From NCBI RefSeq assembly GCF_001194135.2, contig NC_068992.1:38036786-38090888 (forward strand): 54,103 nt of DNA, read 5' to 3'. The position numbers and the translations under genes are program-made. This stretch comes from Octopus bimaculoides (taxonomy: Eukaryota). The notes beneath the pieces are model-generated. The model was not told where the DNA came from, searched no databases, and worked only from the letters and a program-made list of their open reading frames with translations. Within the stretch, counting starts at the first letter, position 1. Every line of letters begins with the position of its first letter. Shown piece after piece: positions 23,946-35,372 of the stretch.

Positions 23946-26257
23946 TATTTTAATAAAAGAAAGTAGCCATAGAAATGTAAATACATTTCTCATTATGGAC
24001 CTTAACTGTATGCGTCTCTCTCTTTCTCTAGAGAGCGGAGGAAGGGAAATAATTGTAAGAATTTTTTTTTTAATAAGTATTCGAAAATATACTAAGTTGT
24101 ATTTAAAAACAATGTTGCTTTCTATTTCAGAATGTTTTATACAGACTTTCCTCCGTAAAATGACGAATAATACTCTGTCAGTTTTGTAGACATTCGTATT
24201 GTAGTTTATGCAGATAAATTCACTTTTATGTATTGTTTGTGTAAATTACAGCAGAATTTCATTCCAATACACTGGGATTTCTTGTTACGAATGCGTTTGC
24301 GAACATTCTTCAGTCGGCGGGGAATTTGATTGCGCATGAAAAATATGGCTGTTAGCTACGATGGCCGCCCGAAACAGCGCATGTGCACCCATAGACAGAG
24401 AGGCACATACAACTATATTTGTAACCCTATTGAAGTTTGATGAGTGAAGCTGAATGTCTCAACTGATAAGAAATCGAAACCCACCGCACATTATTTACAA
24501 GCCAACTGTTTATATGTAGATAAGTTGTTCAGCTCCGTGTCGCTCTTGACATGTCTACCGCGACATTCTGATGAAAAGAAAAAAAAAAAGTACACTGTGC
24601 AGTACTTGGAGTGGACCCGCGCTAGTTATTAAGAGAGTGAAAATAAAACGATGATTATCCTGTGCTCCACATTTTCCCATAAGATAGGTTTGGATTCGAG
24701 GGAGAATTAACTTCCGTTTTCATGCAAATAGACCTAGGAACCTAGCACCCCATTTTCTGACATGAATTGTTTTTTGTTAGACAAGACTAGGCGATTTCAT
24801 TCTCACTGGGCAATTGTGATGGGACTCTTGCGTTGGCCAATATAGCGGTCGTTGGTGGAAGTGGTGGTGTCACAGCCTGTATCTCTTCTATCTAATTTAG
24901 CTGAGCAGAGAAGTTGAAGCCGACAAACAGAAAGAAAGATATAATAAGCAATTGGATGAATAAAAAAAAAATCGAACTGGAAACTTGGCTAACATAGTTT
25001 ACAGTGTAGAAAGAGAAACCTATTATTGTTATACGAGAATAGTTTGGAGCAGACAGTCAGCTAGATGTTCTTTTTTTAACTTGCTCTCAACAGCTGTGCG
25101 AATATTGAAACGTCTCCAAAGAAATTCTGAACTTTTTTGTCTTATCGATCTATGATAACTTAGATTCTCAAGGTGTTATAAAACTGATGACTGAGATTGA
25201 CATCTCAATACAAATTTTAGTGCCAATTCAAATATGTCCTTTCAATATAATAAGCTTATTGTATGCTGTGTTCAGAAGTACAACTCATTGGAAAGAGTAA
25301 AAAGTGGGTAGAAAGCAGCAATGAGAACCAAAAGTACATGCGCAGTACATAGGATGAAACACACAAACGAAAAGCAGAAAAGTGAACAGTAAAAAAGGTA
25401 TAAAGAGCGAATAGGTCTAGATAGAAATGCAAGAATAGTGTTGATGAATTTCTAGAAGTATAGAATCTTTGGAGGACGTGTGTAGTTTACTCCAAGCTTA
25501 TGCAATTGTGTGTGGAGAAAAAAAAAATTGTTTAGCCTCAGGTCAGCTTTAATCAAGCAAACTAATGACCAGAAATGTCAGTCATTAAACATAGCTAGAG
25601 GGTGACGAAGGACTGAGGAATTCTGCCTCGGGTGACATTTTTGGATCGGCGCTTTTGCGTTTTTCTTAAGTGAGGCGGCAACCGTCGAGAGCCGGACCAC
25701 TCTGGGCAGCGCTAGCTTCAGTCACACTGCTGAATCCTGTCTTTTTGTGCGATTTGATTAGGTCGAACAACCATATCGAGACTCTCTCATTAGCTCAATT
25801 TCTACAATGATTAGTCATTATTGTGGTTGATGGTATTGGTAAATTTCCTTTTATACCATTTGGCCATTCCTGTAGAATCGGAAATTAATCTTGTGCACCA
25901 AAAGCCGTAATTTTTTTGTTTTTTTCGGATATGTGTTTCACGAATCGTAGATCACGCTTGTAGGGCGGTAGAAGACTAAAAAAGATCGGGAATTTTTGTC
26001 TCCTCCTTCCTTGTAATTTTTTGATTTGGACATTTCCCCACTCTATTTTTATTTTTCAGGTTAGTATTAGGCTTATTTTTGAAGAATCACAATCTGAAAC
26101 GTTTAAAACAAAATCTGTATAAAATTTTAAATTTTCAAAAGTCAAAATTGAAATATTACAAAGGGGAAGGGGGAAGTTACTTAAATTTTTTTTTAGCTAT
26201 TTGCAGAATCGTTGCCTAAGACGCCTGAAACACTAATATAAAACACACGCACATATA

Positions 26258-26450
26258 AAAGTGGATGTTGAAAAGTTCCTAGCTTTAAGGGTGTCGCGAA
26301 AGGCCTGGCCCAACCTTCCGAGTCCTTTTACAGGTCCTAGAAAAACTGAAGGACCGCTGCAATAAGTGTGTGAATCTGAGAGGGGAATAATCAACTGATC
26401 CTCCTGTATTTTCTTTTACTCAAAGCCAAGAACTTTTCAGCACCCACTCG
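26258..26450 (+). mobile_element. mariner-derived MITE
   Basis: Degenerate TIRs aaagtggatgttgaaaagttcctagcttt / aaagccaagaacttttcagcacccactcg; internal EKLKDRCNKCVNLRGE resembles a mariner transposase C-terminus. Confidence 0.7.
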
Positions 26451-26835
26451 TGTGCGTATGATTTATATGAGAAAGAGAGAGGAGATTTTTGGCGCTTAAG
26501 AATTTCCAACTCTATTCTATAGGAATGTTGCTGTTTGAAACTGGTTTATTTGAAAAATTTTCACACCAGATTTTGGCAGGGTGACAATCCATCAGGTGGG
26601 ATATCTTTATCTTCAGGTGGTAACATCTGGGTGATAATTGTTCAGGTGGGGACCAGAATAAGGACGGAACATTTATCACTATTTAACTAGCACTACCGTC
26701 GTCACCACCACTACCATTCAAAGGAATCTCTATACTTTAATACCATCACGAACACATAAAAAATTTGCAATACGTTCTTTATAATTACGTAGTTTCCGTT
26801 AATTTTGGAACTCGTTGTCTGATTATTATTAGAAA

Positions 26836-27025
26836 GCTAGCAGAATCGTTAGCCTGCCATACTCTCCTTACATTTGGAGTTCAAAGTCTACCGAGGTCGA
26901 CCTGACCTTTTTTATCCTTTCGGGATCGATGAAATAAATACCAGTTAAGCACTGGGGTCGATGTAATCGAGTAAGCATCCTCAGTGTAAAAGTGCAGGCT
27001 TTGTGCCTAAAGTAGACATGACTAT
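26836..27025 (+). mobile_element. SINE family B
   Basis: agctagcagaatcgttagc...gagttcaaagtctaccgaggtcgacctg...atcctttcgggatcgat...ctggggtcgatgtaatcga. Confidence 0.8.
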
Positions 27026-27630
27026 TATCAGACTACGCAATAAAGATGTATAGCACAAAGGAGTAAATTTTTAGCTATATAAATTATATTCACTATTGAT
27101 TGGGTGACGATTGTTTGAATGGAGCAGGCCGGGTGGTGGTGGTGGTGGTGGGTGTGACGATTTTTTTTTCTTTTTTGAGGTGATCAAAAACCTTTGAGAA
27201 CATTGGAGGGTTAAGCTCCCAGCGAACAGTCTGTAAACCTGTGGCGGGTTGGCATGAATATCAGATTCCCATTTTTTTATATATTTAATTGATTTGTGTT
27301 TTAAATAAATGTTAGTCTTGATATGATCGGCAGGCAGGAGGTTATTATTATATTTTACTAACAACATAAACAATTTTTTTTTAAGTGATAACCTTCGAAT
27401 GACCTTCACCTTGATGCTACTTTCACTCATCAAACTGCACTTTAATAGACTGTTTCAGCGAATCTCTGGTTGAGAAAGGATTGCTGATGGTGGGAGGAGC
27501 TATGCATAAATTATAGAGATGATAGATAAGTGGTTCTGACTATAAGTTAAAACCGGTTACGTATTCGATTTGTTGAATACTTGTCATTGCATTAAGCAGC
27601 TCCCATTACATCACTACCATTAATAATAAT

Positions 27631-27810
27631 AATCGTTTCTACTACAGGCACGAGTCCTGAAATTTAGAGGAAGGGGATAGTGAATTACATCGACCCCGAA
27701 AGGATGAAAGACAAAGTCGACCTCGGCGGAACTTGAACTCAGAACATAGCGACAAGTGAAATACCGTTAAGCACTTAGCCCTGCATGCTTAACGATTCTG
27801 TCAGCTCACC
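27631..27810 (-). mobile_element. SINE family B
   Basis: ...atcgaccccgaaaggatgaaagacaaagtcgacctcggcggaacttgaactc...aacgattctgtcagctc. Confidence 0.8.
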
Positions 27811-28557
27811 TAATAATTTCTTAAATAAGATCCCATATTTCCAAAGGAAAGAGGAATAAAATATTGCAGCATTTATAGTATAACTCGTGAAAATTAGCTC
27901 CACAAATGAGATAATTTCAAACTGGAATGGAACCCGAGTTGCATGTTACGTTCGCCGAGTGATTTTGGTTTCCGTTAAAGGCACAAAAGTTTTCATGTTT
28001 TATATGAAAGGTGAAACGGTAGTAATTACACACTCAATGGTTTCAGTAAGTCATAAAGCGGTGGATTGGCAAAATATCTTGGACGTGTGATAAAATGCGT
28101 GGTATTTATAGTTCCGAGTTCAAATCTGACGGAGGTCAATTTTGTGAGCAATAAAATAAAATATTGTACCAGTGAAATTTTGTGTCTGGTTAATATTTCT
28201 ATAAACTCTCTTGGAAGTGAATAGTTTTATAATAGAAGAAATTGTGTTAAAGATTTAGCTTCGCGAAGGAAAGAACCCTGGGAAAGTTTTTCATTTCCCA
28301 GATCGTCCCTGAGGAAATTCAAGAACCTTTTTACTATTGTTTCCTTTACTTATCACTCACTTTCATTTCTGTAAAAGAAAGTACTTTTATACCACCGAGG
28401 GCCAAGTGTATAATTATTATTCTATATCTAACACAACTCAAATCTCTAGGAGATAAATTTTTTGACATGCAGAAAATTCAATTCTATATTTAAGAGATGA
28501 GGAATTATTTACATTATTTACATTTGTCGGATATTTGTCCTCATCTTGTTTGTTGTT

Positions 28558-28603
28558 AACACAACGTTTCGGCTGATATACCCTCCAGCCTTCGTCAGGT
28601 GTC
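28558..28603 (-). ncRNA. Minimal type I hammerhead ribozyme (HHR-1)
   Basis: GACAC-CUGACGA-A-GGCUG-(10 nt)-CAGCC-GAA-ACGU-U/GUGUU: helix I 5 bp (one G.U), helix II 5 bp, palindromic ACGU helix III; predicted GUU cleavage between 28563 and 28562. Confidence 0.72.
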
Positions 28604-28681
28604 TTGGGGAAATTTCGAACCTGGGTTCTCATTCCTAACGATGTTACTATTATTATATTATTATTATTACTATTATTAATC

Positions 28682-28755
28682 AGGTCGCTGCCGTGAATCG
28701 AACTCGGAACCTTGGGGTTAGTAGCCCGCGCTCTTAACCACTACGCCATATGCCC
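28682..28755 (-). promoter_or_regulatory. tRNA-derived Pol III internal promoter (SINE head, not a functional tRNA)
   Basis: GGGCATATGGCGTAGTGGTTAAGAGCGCGGGCTACTAACCCCAAGGTTCCGAGTTCGATTCACGGCAGCGACC: A box TGGCGTAGTGG (28748-28738), B box GTTCGATTC (28703-28695). Acceptor and anticodon stems do not pair fully. Confidence 0.75.
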
Positions 28756-29740
28756 GTGGGTATATCAGCCGAAACGTGTGTTAACAACAAACAAGATGAC
28801 AAATATCCGACAAATGTAAATAATGTAAATGCAGAAAATTGTTTTAAATCGATTACACTGAATTTTTTGTTTTGTAATAAAAATACAGAATTTTTGTTCG
28901 TCTTTTTTCTCTCCTAAACTTTGAAGTTTTCAGTTTCATCTACACAAAAATGTGTTTGAAATCAGCTACAAACACCAAAGCTACTGCAAGTGGTAGGGTG
29001 GCGGTCTTTTCAGCATCATAATTCCTATCGCAAAACTTAAATTACCAAGGATTTTCCATATTAAAAAGTTTAGTTTAAGTTTTTATAAATATATTTTCAC
29101 TGTAGTAAATATATTTTGGGTCTAAACGATCGACTGATTAAACTTTCGTATGATTAAAACAACTTCAACATATTTCTCCTTTTTAACGGAAAGTATTCAG
29201 ATTAAACCAATCCGAATTACTACAGAAAATAATCATTGAAATTTTGTGAAAAGATAATTATTTTTAAAATGTTTGTGATAATCCTTTTTTTCTTTCTGAG
29301 ACATAAGTGTGCTAGTCATAGAATATGAAATACTGTTTTATCTTACTATTTCTGTGTTGGTATCATGAGAGAACCTATGGAAAACTAATTTACAAATTTT
29401 AAACAAGCGAGATTTTGAGCGAACGTGAATTGAAACATTTACTACACTTATCAAAAGAATAGTCTGGTATCTCTGTTCACTTTAGTTATAATGAATTAGA
29501 GGCATTTATTTTATTAAATCATAAGTACTAAGCCTTATGATATCAAATGATTTTTCATTATAATATTCTCTCTAGTTTGCCTTAATTTATCTTTTTTTTT
29601 TTTTTTAATGTTTGTGCTTATTATATTAAACTTAAATATATACATAAGAGTGAGAAGGGAGAAAAACAAACGAAAAAAACCCCCCACAATTCACCACCTA
29701 AGGTCGAAAATTTTGGTGCGCTGGGAAATTTCTCTAATGA

Positions 29741-29880
29741 CTATTGAGGCACGCTTGCAGCGTTGCCGCGGGTGATGGCGAGGCCGATGCGCTGGAACAA
29801 CCAAGCGCCCTCACGAGCTTGGCGAGCTACCAGTGAAGACAGGAATCTTGCAGTGAGTGGTCCGACCCCACCAAATGTCT
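29741..29880 (-). mobile_element. Second CRE-like 3' fragment
   Basis: Translates TFGGVGPLTARFLSSLVARQAREGAWLFQRIGLAITRGNAASVPQ*; homologous to 3183-3350 with an internal deletion. Confidence 0.6.
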
Positions 29881-30983
29881 AGTGACGCCAAAATTGCATT
29901 CCAAAGACTACATTCCTTCTTCAGCTCTGCGATCAATTATCGATATACAACACTCAGATAGAACAGAACCATACTGCACACACATCTGGGACTGCACACA
30001 TACATATCTTCGGTTAGTAGTAGCATCGGTCCTGTGTTAGATGTGAGCAGTATTTTAATATCTCTTTTAGCACACTCAACACCCCTTTCTCGTTATCCAC
30101 GCTGCCTCTCTCAGCTACCAGAGTTCGCACTAAAACAATTTGATCAATGTTTTCTGTCATAATTCTTCCCGGTTGGAATTCCATCTCCATTCCTGTTTAT
30201 TGATGTCGTATCGATATTACTAATCTAGTTTATCACAGATTATGATCACCTCTACCCTATCGTCTCTACTGATACCCTTTAGAAATAAAATTCCATGCAA
30301 TAGTACTCGACCTTCTACACCCAAGGCTTTTTTTCACTCAATATTTACACGCTATTATTATTTGTAGCTTTATCCACCGCTAAAATAAACGAATTATCAA
30401 AAAGTATTGCATTCGATGTTTTTCTTTTCTTTAACTTTGAAAATTCTTTTTAGAATTGAATAAGAGAATCCCATCCCCCCAGTTTACCAACGTAAAATCA
30501 TTTCTAATGATGTATGTATAAATAATATTAGTAATAATAATAGACCTTACGAGACCTTTGACGACAGAATGCTGTCTGTTCTCGTAAGTAAGATCGAGAG
30601 CCCCGAAACATAAAATATTTAGGACAATATGGGGACAAACGACAATGGAATAATTAATGTAGACACTTCTGTTTCTGATGCTTTAAATAATCTCGCTGAA
30701 GTAGCTTCCTTTTGGTGTGGATTTCGTTTCTCAAAGTAGTGTTTGATGGTTTGACAAGCAAGCTGCAAAAGAAACAAGGTGAAGGTCGTTTCAAGGATGC
30801 AGTTTTATTGAAAGCAGTTAATATGGTGGTAGCTATGGTAACCGACTACCTAACTCCTCACCTTTATATGCTATCGTCTTTCTTTTGTTTCGGTCATATT
30901 CAATCCTATTCTTTCTCTCGATCACAATACTCGTTCCCTCATTTTCTCGATTACGCTACACTTTCCAGCTCAATCACTCATTC

Positions 30984-31053
30984 TCTCTCTTCTTTTCTCT
31001 TTCTTTCTTCTTTTTTCTTTCTTTCTTTCTCTCTCTTTCTTTCTTTCTCTCTC

Positions 31054-31087
<34 letters not shown>
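30984..31087. repeat. CT-rich microsatellite
   Basis: (CT)n/(CTTT)n tract. Confidence 0.9.
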
Positions 31088-31091
<4 letters not shown>

Positions 31092-31810
31092 CGATGTCAT
31101 TGCAGATAGTGTCGGTACTAGTACTACTAACAGATGTGATGAATGACAGTAGAATTGGTCAAGGTTTCTTCTAAAGTGTGTGTGCCTGTGGCCTTGGCGT
31201 GGATAACCAAGTCTGGTCTCCTGGTAATACCAGACGCATAAAAATATTACATTGCCAAATGCTATGAAACTCAATGAAAATGTCATTGCTACATGGTATC
31301 AGTTAAGTCACTATCATACACACACGTACCTCTTTCGGACATTGCGGCTGCAGCCAGACTGGAGCACTGCCTTGAGGTTTGTCGGACAAATTAACCCCAG
31401 GACTTGTATATATTTTTGAAACCTTGTTTTTTTTTTTTTAAGTATCGGTCCTTTGCCAAACCGCCAAGTTAGATGTATGTGGTGTTATGGGCTGTGATGA
31501 GCTATGTGGTGTTGGTGGAGAGGATTGCAGATGAGGCAAACGGAAGTGATGACTGCAGGGGCTGGCGGCACACTCCAATGTAAATAAATCAACACCGGTT
31601 ATGTGATGGTGGGTTACAAACGCACCCATCCACAAATACACACACTTTTGAAGCTTCTCTGTTTGTCTAATCCACTCACATATATACATGCATGCGCACA
31701 CCACTTAACGCTTAATTGTTTATATATTGTGAGTAGGGACGTGTGGCTGCCATCTCTAGCAGGCAGGTAAAAACCCAGAAAGGGAGATAAATATATATTC
31801 TTTATTCTTT

Positions 31811-31984
31811 TTACTTGTGTCAGGCATTTGAGTGCGGCCATGCTGGAGCACCGCCTTTAGTCGAACAAATCGACCCAAGAACTTGTCCTTTGTTAGCCTA
31901 GTACTTATTCTATCGGTTTATTTTGCCGAACCCCTAAGTTACGGGGACGTAAACACACCAGCATCGGTTGTCAAGCGATGTTGG
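31811..31984 (-). mobile_element. SINE family A, 3' half
   Basis: gcggccatgctggagcaccgcctttagtcgaacaaatcgaccc...aagttacggggacgtaaacacaccagcatcggttgtcaagcg. Confidence 0.8.
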
Positions 31985-32259
31985 CGCGCGCGCACACACG
32001 CACACACACAAACACAATATAAATATGCATATATACATTCATATATGTACCTATCTACATATATATGCATATATACATGCATATGCATATATACATGCAT
32101 ATATACATGCATAAAAAAACGTAGGCAAAATGAGAAACAAGAACATAAAAACAAAAACATAGAAAACGAACTTTTTTTGAACAAAGAAAGAAAGAAACGA
32201 GACATAAAACATGAAGAACATTCTCTTCTTCAGTTGTCCCGTTTTAGCTACACTGCGTG

Positions 32260-32585
32260 TGTGGCGATCTTACGATACGAGTCCTAAATATCGGCCTTTT
32301 CCGTAAAAAGTGTCTTCGGCAATCTTTACCAAAGATCGGCCTTTTCCGTCACACCCGCACGATCTTCAATACGTTGTTAAGGTTAGGGTTTTAGTGTCAG
32401 GGTTAGGGGGTTAGTGTTAGTGTTTACGGTTAGGGACGGAATTCCCTAACCCTAACCGTAAACCCTTCAAAAGAAATCGCGCTCTCTGTATCTCTTTCGC
32501 TTTTATGACGTCGTTTCCCTGTTTCTCTCCAACACTTTTTACGGAAAAAGCTGGTATTTAGAACTCGTACCGTAAGATCGTCACA
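32260..32585. mobile_element. MITE with ~53-bp TIRs and internal telomere-like GGTTAG repeats
   Basis: tgtggcgatcttacgatacgagtcctaaatatcggccttttccgtaaaaagtgt versus acactttttacggaaaaagctggtatttagaactcgtaccgtaagatcgtcaca; GGTTAG/CTAACC units at 32381-32465; no TSD identified. Confidence 0.7.
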
Positions 32586-32666
32586 AGACTGTTACTCGGA
32601 GTTTCACGTTCCCGTTCATCGGACAGTTTTGTTCGAAATGGGAAAGAAATGACGATGCAATCAAAA

Positions 32667-32850
32667 CTCTCTTCCTCCCCGCTCTCTCTCTCTTCCTCCC
32701 CGCTCTCTCTCTCTTCCTCCCCGCTCTCTCTCTCTTCCTCCCCGCTCTCTCTCTCTTCCTCCCCGCGCTCTCTCTCTTCCTCCCCGCTCTCTCTCTCTTC
32801 CTCCCCGCTCTCTCTTCCTCCCGCTCCCCCTCTCTCTTCCTCTCCCCTCT
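32667..32850. repeat. 21-bp polypyrimidine minisatellite, ~8 copies
   Basis: (CTCTCTCTCTCTTCCTCCCCG)n with small variants. Confidence 0.9.
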
Positions 32851-33170
32851 CTCTCCAGAGAGAGAGACGGTGCTTGCAACTTTGTATCTAACATGCTTTA
32901 AAAACTATTCCAAGAAGTCAGAATAGCAAATGCATACAGTGTGTAGGATGACAAAAGGTTTTCTTTCTGGAAAAAACAAACAAAAAAACTAAAAAAAAAC
33001 GTATACATACATCTACATATACACACTTACATAAGTGCATAGATGCATGTTGGCATAATTAAAGGCACAGAAGGTTCAGACGTATTTGTACTGTTAACAT
33101 TATGGATTGTAATATAGTGTTAGTTTGTTAGTCTTGAGGCAAATAATTAAGTAATTATCATTGTTACTTT

Positions 33171-33450
33171 TCATGTGATCTTGGGTTCAATCCTACTGGT
33201 CAGCACTTCAGGCAAGTGTCTTTTACTAGCCCTGGACCAATCGAAACCTTGTGAATGGATTTGGTAAACAGAAACTGAAAGAAGCCCATGTGTGTATATC
33301 TTGTTTCAGTCATTAGATTGTGGCCATACTGTGACACTGCCTTGAAGAATTTTAAGTATGACACTTTAAGCAAGTGTCTTCTATAACCCTGGGTGGATCA
33401 ATCCTTGTGAGTGAATTTGGTAGATGGAAACTGCATAGAAGCCCATTGAG
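33171..33450 (+). mobile_element. SINE family A fragments (two partial 5' halves)
   Basis: gggttcaatcc...ggcaagtgtctt...ccttgtgaatggatttggtaaacagaaactgaaagaagccc at 33183-33288 and a similar piece at 33369-33445. Confidence 0.65.
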
Positions 33451-33468
33451 TATGGGTGTGTATGTATG

Positions 33469-33513
<45 letters not shown>

Positions 33514-33699
33514 ATTTCTTCTATCTTAATGAATAAAAATTCTTCTGATAGAATAAATGGGTTAATAGAAACCAATGTAGCAAAGAACACAAAATAACTG
33601 TGGTTAGCTCCTGTTTTTAAGGCCGGAACTCTTTGAAATTTTGGGTATTTGAGTATATTTAAGGATTGGAGAAAACGCATGTTATAATTGCATACTTTA

Positions 33700-33783
33700 T
33701 TCCTACATATGTTTCAAAGGATTACAACCTGTGTGATCCATAGGGATCTTTGATATTAAAATTGTAACCTTCTCATCAGGGAA
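33700..33783 (-). ncRNA. Type I hammerhead ribozyme with long helix II (HHR-2)
   Basis: UUCC-CUGAUGA-GAAGGUUACAA...UUGUAA(U)CCUUU-GAA-ACAUAUGU-A/GGAA: helix I 4 bp, helix II 11 bp with one bulge plus inner GAUCC/GGAUC hairpin, palindromic helix III; GUA cleavage between 33704 and 33703. Confidence 0.72.
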
Positions 33784-34025
33784 AGCATGGGAATCATCTT
33801 AAACNNNNNNNNNNNNNNNNNNNNNNNNNNNNNNNNNNNNNNNNNNNNNNNNNNNNNNNNNNNNNNNNNNNNNNNNNNNNNNNNNNNNNNNNNNNNNNNN
33901 NNNNNNNNNNNNNNNNNNNNNNNNNNNNNNNNNNNNNNNNNNNNNNNNNNNNNNNNNNNNNNNNNNNNNNNNNNNNNNNNNNNNNNNNNNNNNNNNNNNN
34001 NNNNNNNNNNNNNNNNNNNNNNNNN

Positions 34026-34674
34026 AAGATGTACAGGTGTCAATTCATTATGGCTGTTTTAAGTGGCACCATTTAATTGACTAATGAAAACCTTACATCA
34101 ATTTGAAAGAAACTGTTCTTGTCAGATGACTGCAAAGACTTCAAACATAAAGGATAAACCATTTTTTTAAACAAATTTACATCAATAATGGAAACCAAAA
34201 TATTTACATTGTTTCCTTTCATTATAACTGTGGCAGAATGAAAATATTGTGGTTTCTATTGTTGATGTAAATTTGTTAAATTATAGTTTATTCTTTATGT
34301 TTGCAGTCATCTGACAAGAACGGTTTCTTTCAAATTGATGTGAGGTTTTCATTAATTAATGAAATGGAGCCACTCCAAAAAACTGTTCTTGTCAGGTGAC
34401 CACATAGACTTCAAACATAATGCATAAACCATTTTTTTAACAATTTTACATCAATAATGGAAGCCAAAATATTCTCATTCTGTCATAAAAGGAAACAATG
34501 TCAATATTTTGGTTTCCATTATTGATGTAAATTTGTTAAAACTAGTTTATCCTTTGTTTGAAGCCTATGCGGTCATATGAGAACAGTTTCTTTCAAATTG
34601 ATGTAATGTTTTCATTAGTCAATTAAATGGGGATGTTTGAAATGGCCATAATAAATTGACACCTGTACATCTTT
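34026..34674. mobile_element. Complex foldback element (double palindrome), Tc1-like CAGGTG ends
   Basis: aagatgTA|CAGGTGTCAATT at 34026-34045 versus AATTGACACCTG|TAcatctt at 34654-34673; two internal ~300-bp palindromes centred near 34215 and 34490. Confidence 0.75.
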
Positions 34675-35372
34675 GTTACCTTGGAATCTGCACTTCAGAA
34701 ATACTATAGAAAGTACTTTTAAAAAACATACACGTCTGAATTACCAAGAGCAGATATCTTCACTTAGCTGAGTTGCGTTGTCTACAACACGACAGGGATA
34801 TTGGGTACAAATACCCCTATACAGAGTCTTGATATTCAAATAATCTTGTTGGGGTGTGCAGATTATACCGAACTAGTAAGTTGCCTCAATTTAAGTACCC
34901 AACTCAACTGAATCTTGTGGTTGTCAAGCAGTGGTGGGGTATACAGTGTTGATTTGTTTATGCCGCTGTAACCAGTTTGGCAAAAAAGATCTGGAGAATA
35001 AGTGTCAGACTTAAGTCCTGGGGTCAATTTGTGTGATTACAACTTTGAAGGCAACCCCAGTCATTGGAACCATGCTGGAGCATTGCCAAGAATTCTTTTT
35101 CCCTTCCTATTTCCTCATGTCCCAACTTGTTTGATGGTCAGTTCAGCTGATTGTCAGAAATCTTTGGTAATTCAGTGTTTCAAATGCTTTCAGTTCTGCA
35201 GTGTTTTTCTCCAATAGCACCAATTCTGTTGCAATGCATTCAGACCAGTTTCCTGGTTTCAGGATACGCCACCCACCAGTCTTGGCAGCCCTGTCAAGGC
35301 TTCCTTCTGCTTAGACAGAAAAAAAACAAAACAAATTGCTGCATATTTGGAAGTAACTTTTAAACATAGGAA

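Larger units (their letters stand above)
28479..28828 (-). mobile_element. tRNA-headed, hammerhead-containing short retroelement with 5' inverted arm
   Basis: 12-bp direct repeat ATGCAGAAAATT at 28467-28478 and 28829-28840; tRNA-like head 28755 to 28682; (AAT)n linker; hammerhead at 28603-28558; inverted arms 28507-28583 and 28758-28830. Confidence 0.75.

Noticed and set aside
24270-24320. CTGAAGA followed by a short hairpin on the minus strand
   Set aside because: No correctly placed GAAA or cleavage helix; the same applies to isolated CTGANGA hits near 8685, 22460, 29920 and 44745.
28682-28755. Possible tRNA-Ser(ACT) gene
   Set aside because: Acceptor and anticodon stems do not pair fully and it is fused to repeat sequence; treated as a SINE head.
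30712-31146. 144-aa ORF
   Set aside because: Alternative start, second half is a CT microsatellite, and no homology is recognised.
32649-32894. SSSPLSL / GGRERER repeat peptides
   Set aside because: Translations of the 21-bp minisatellite.
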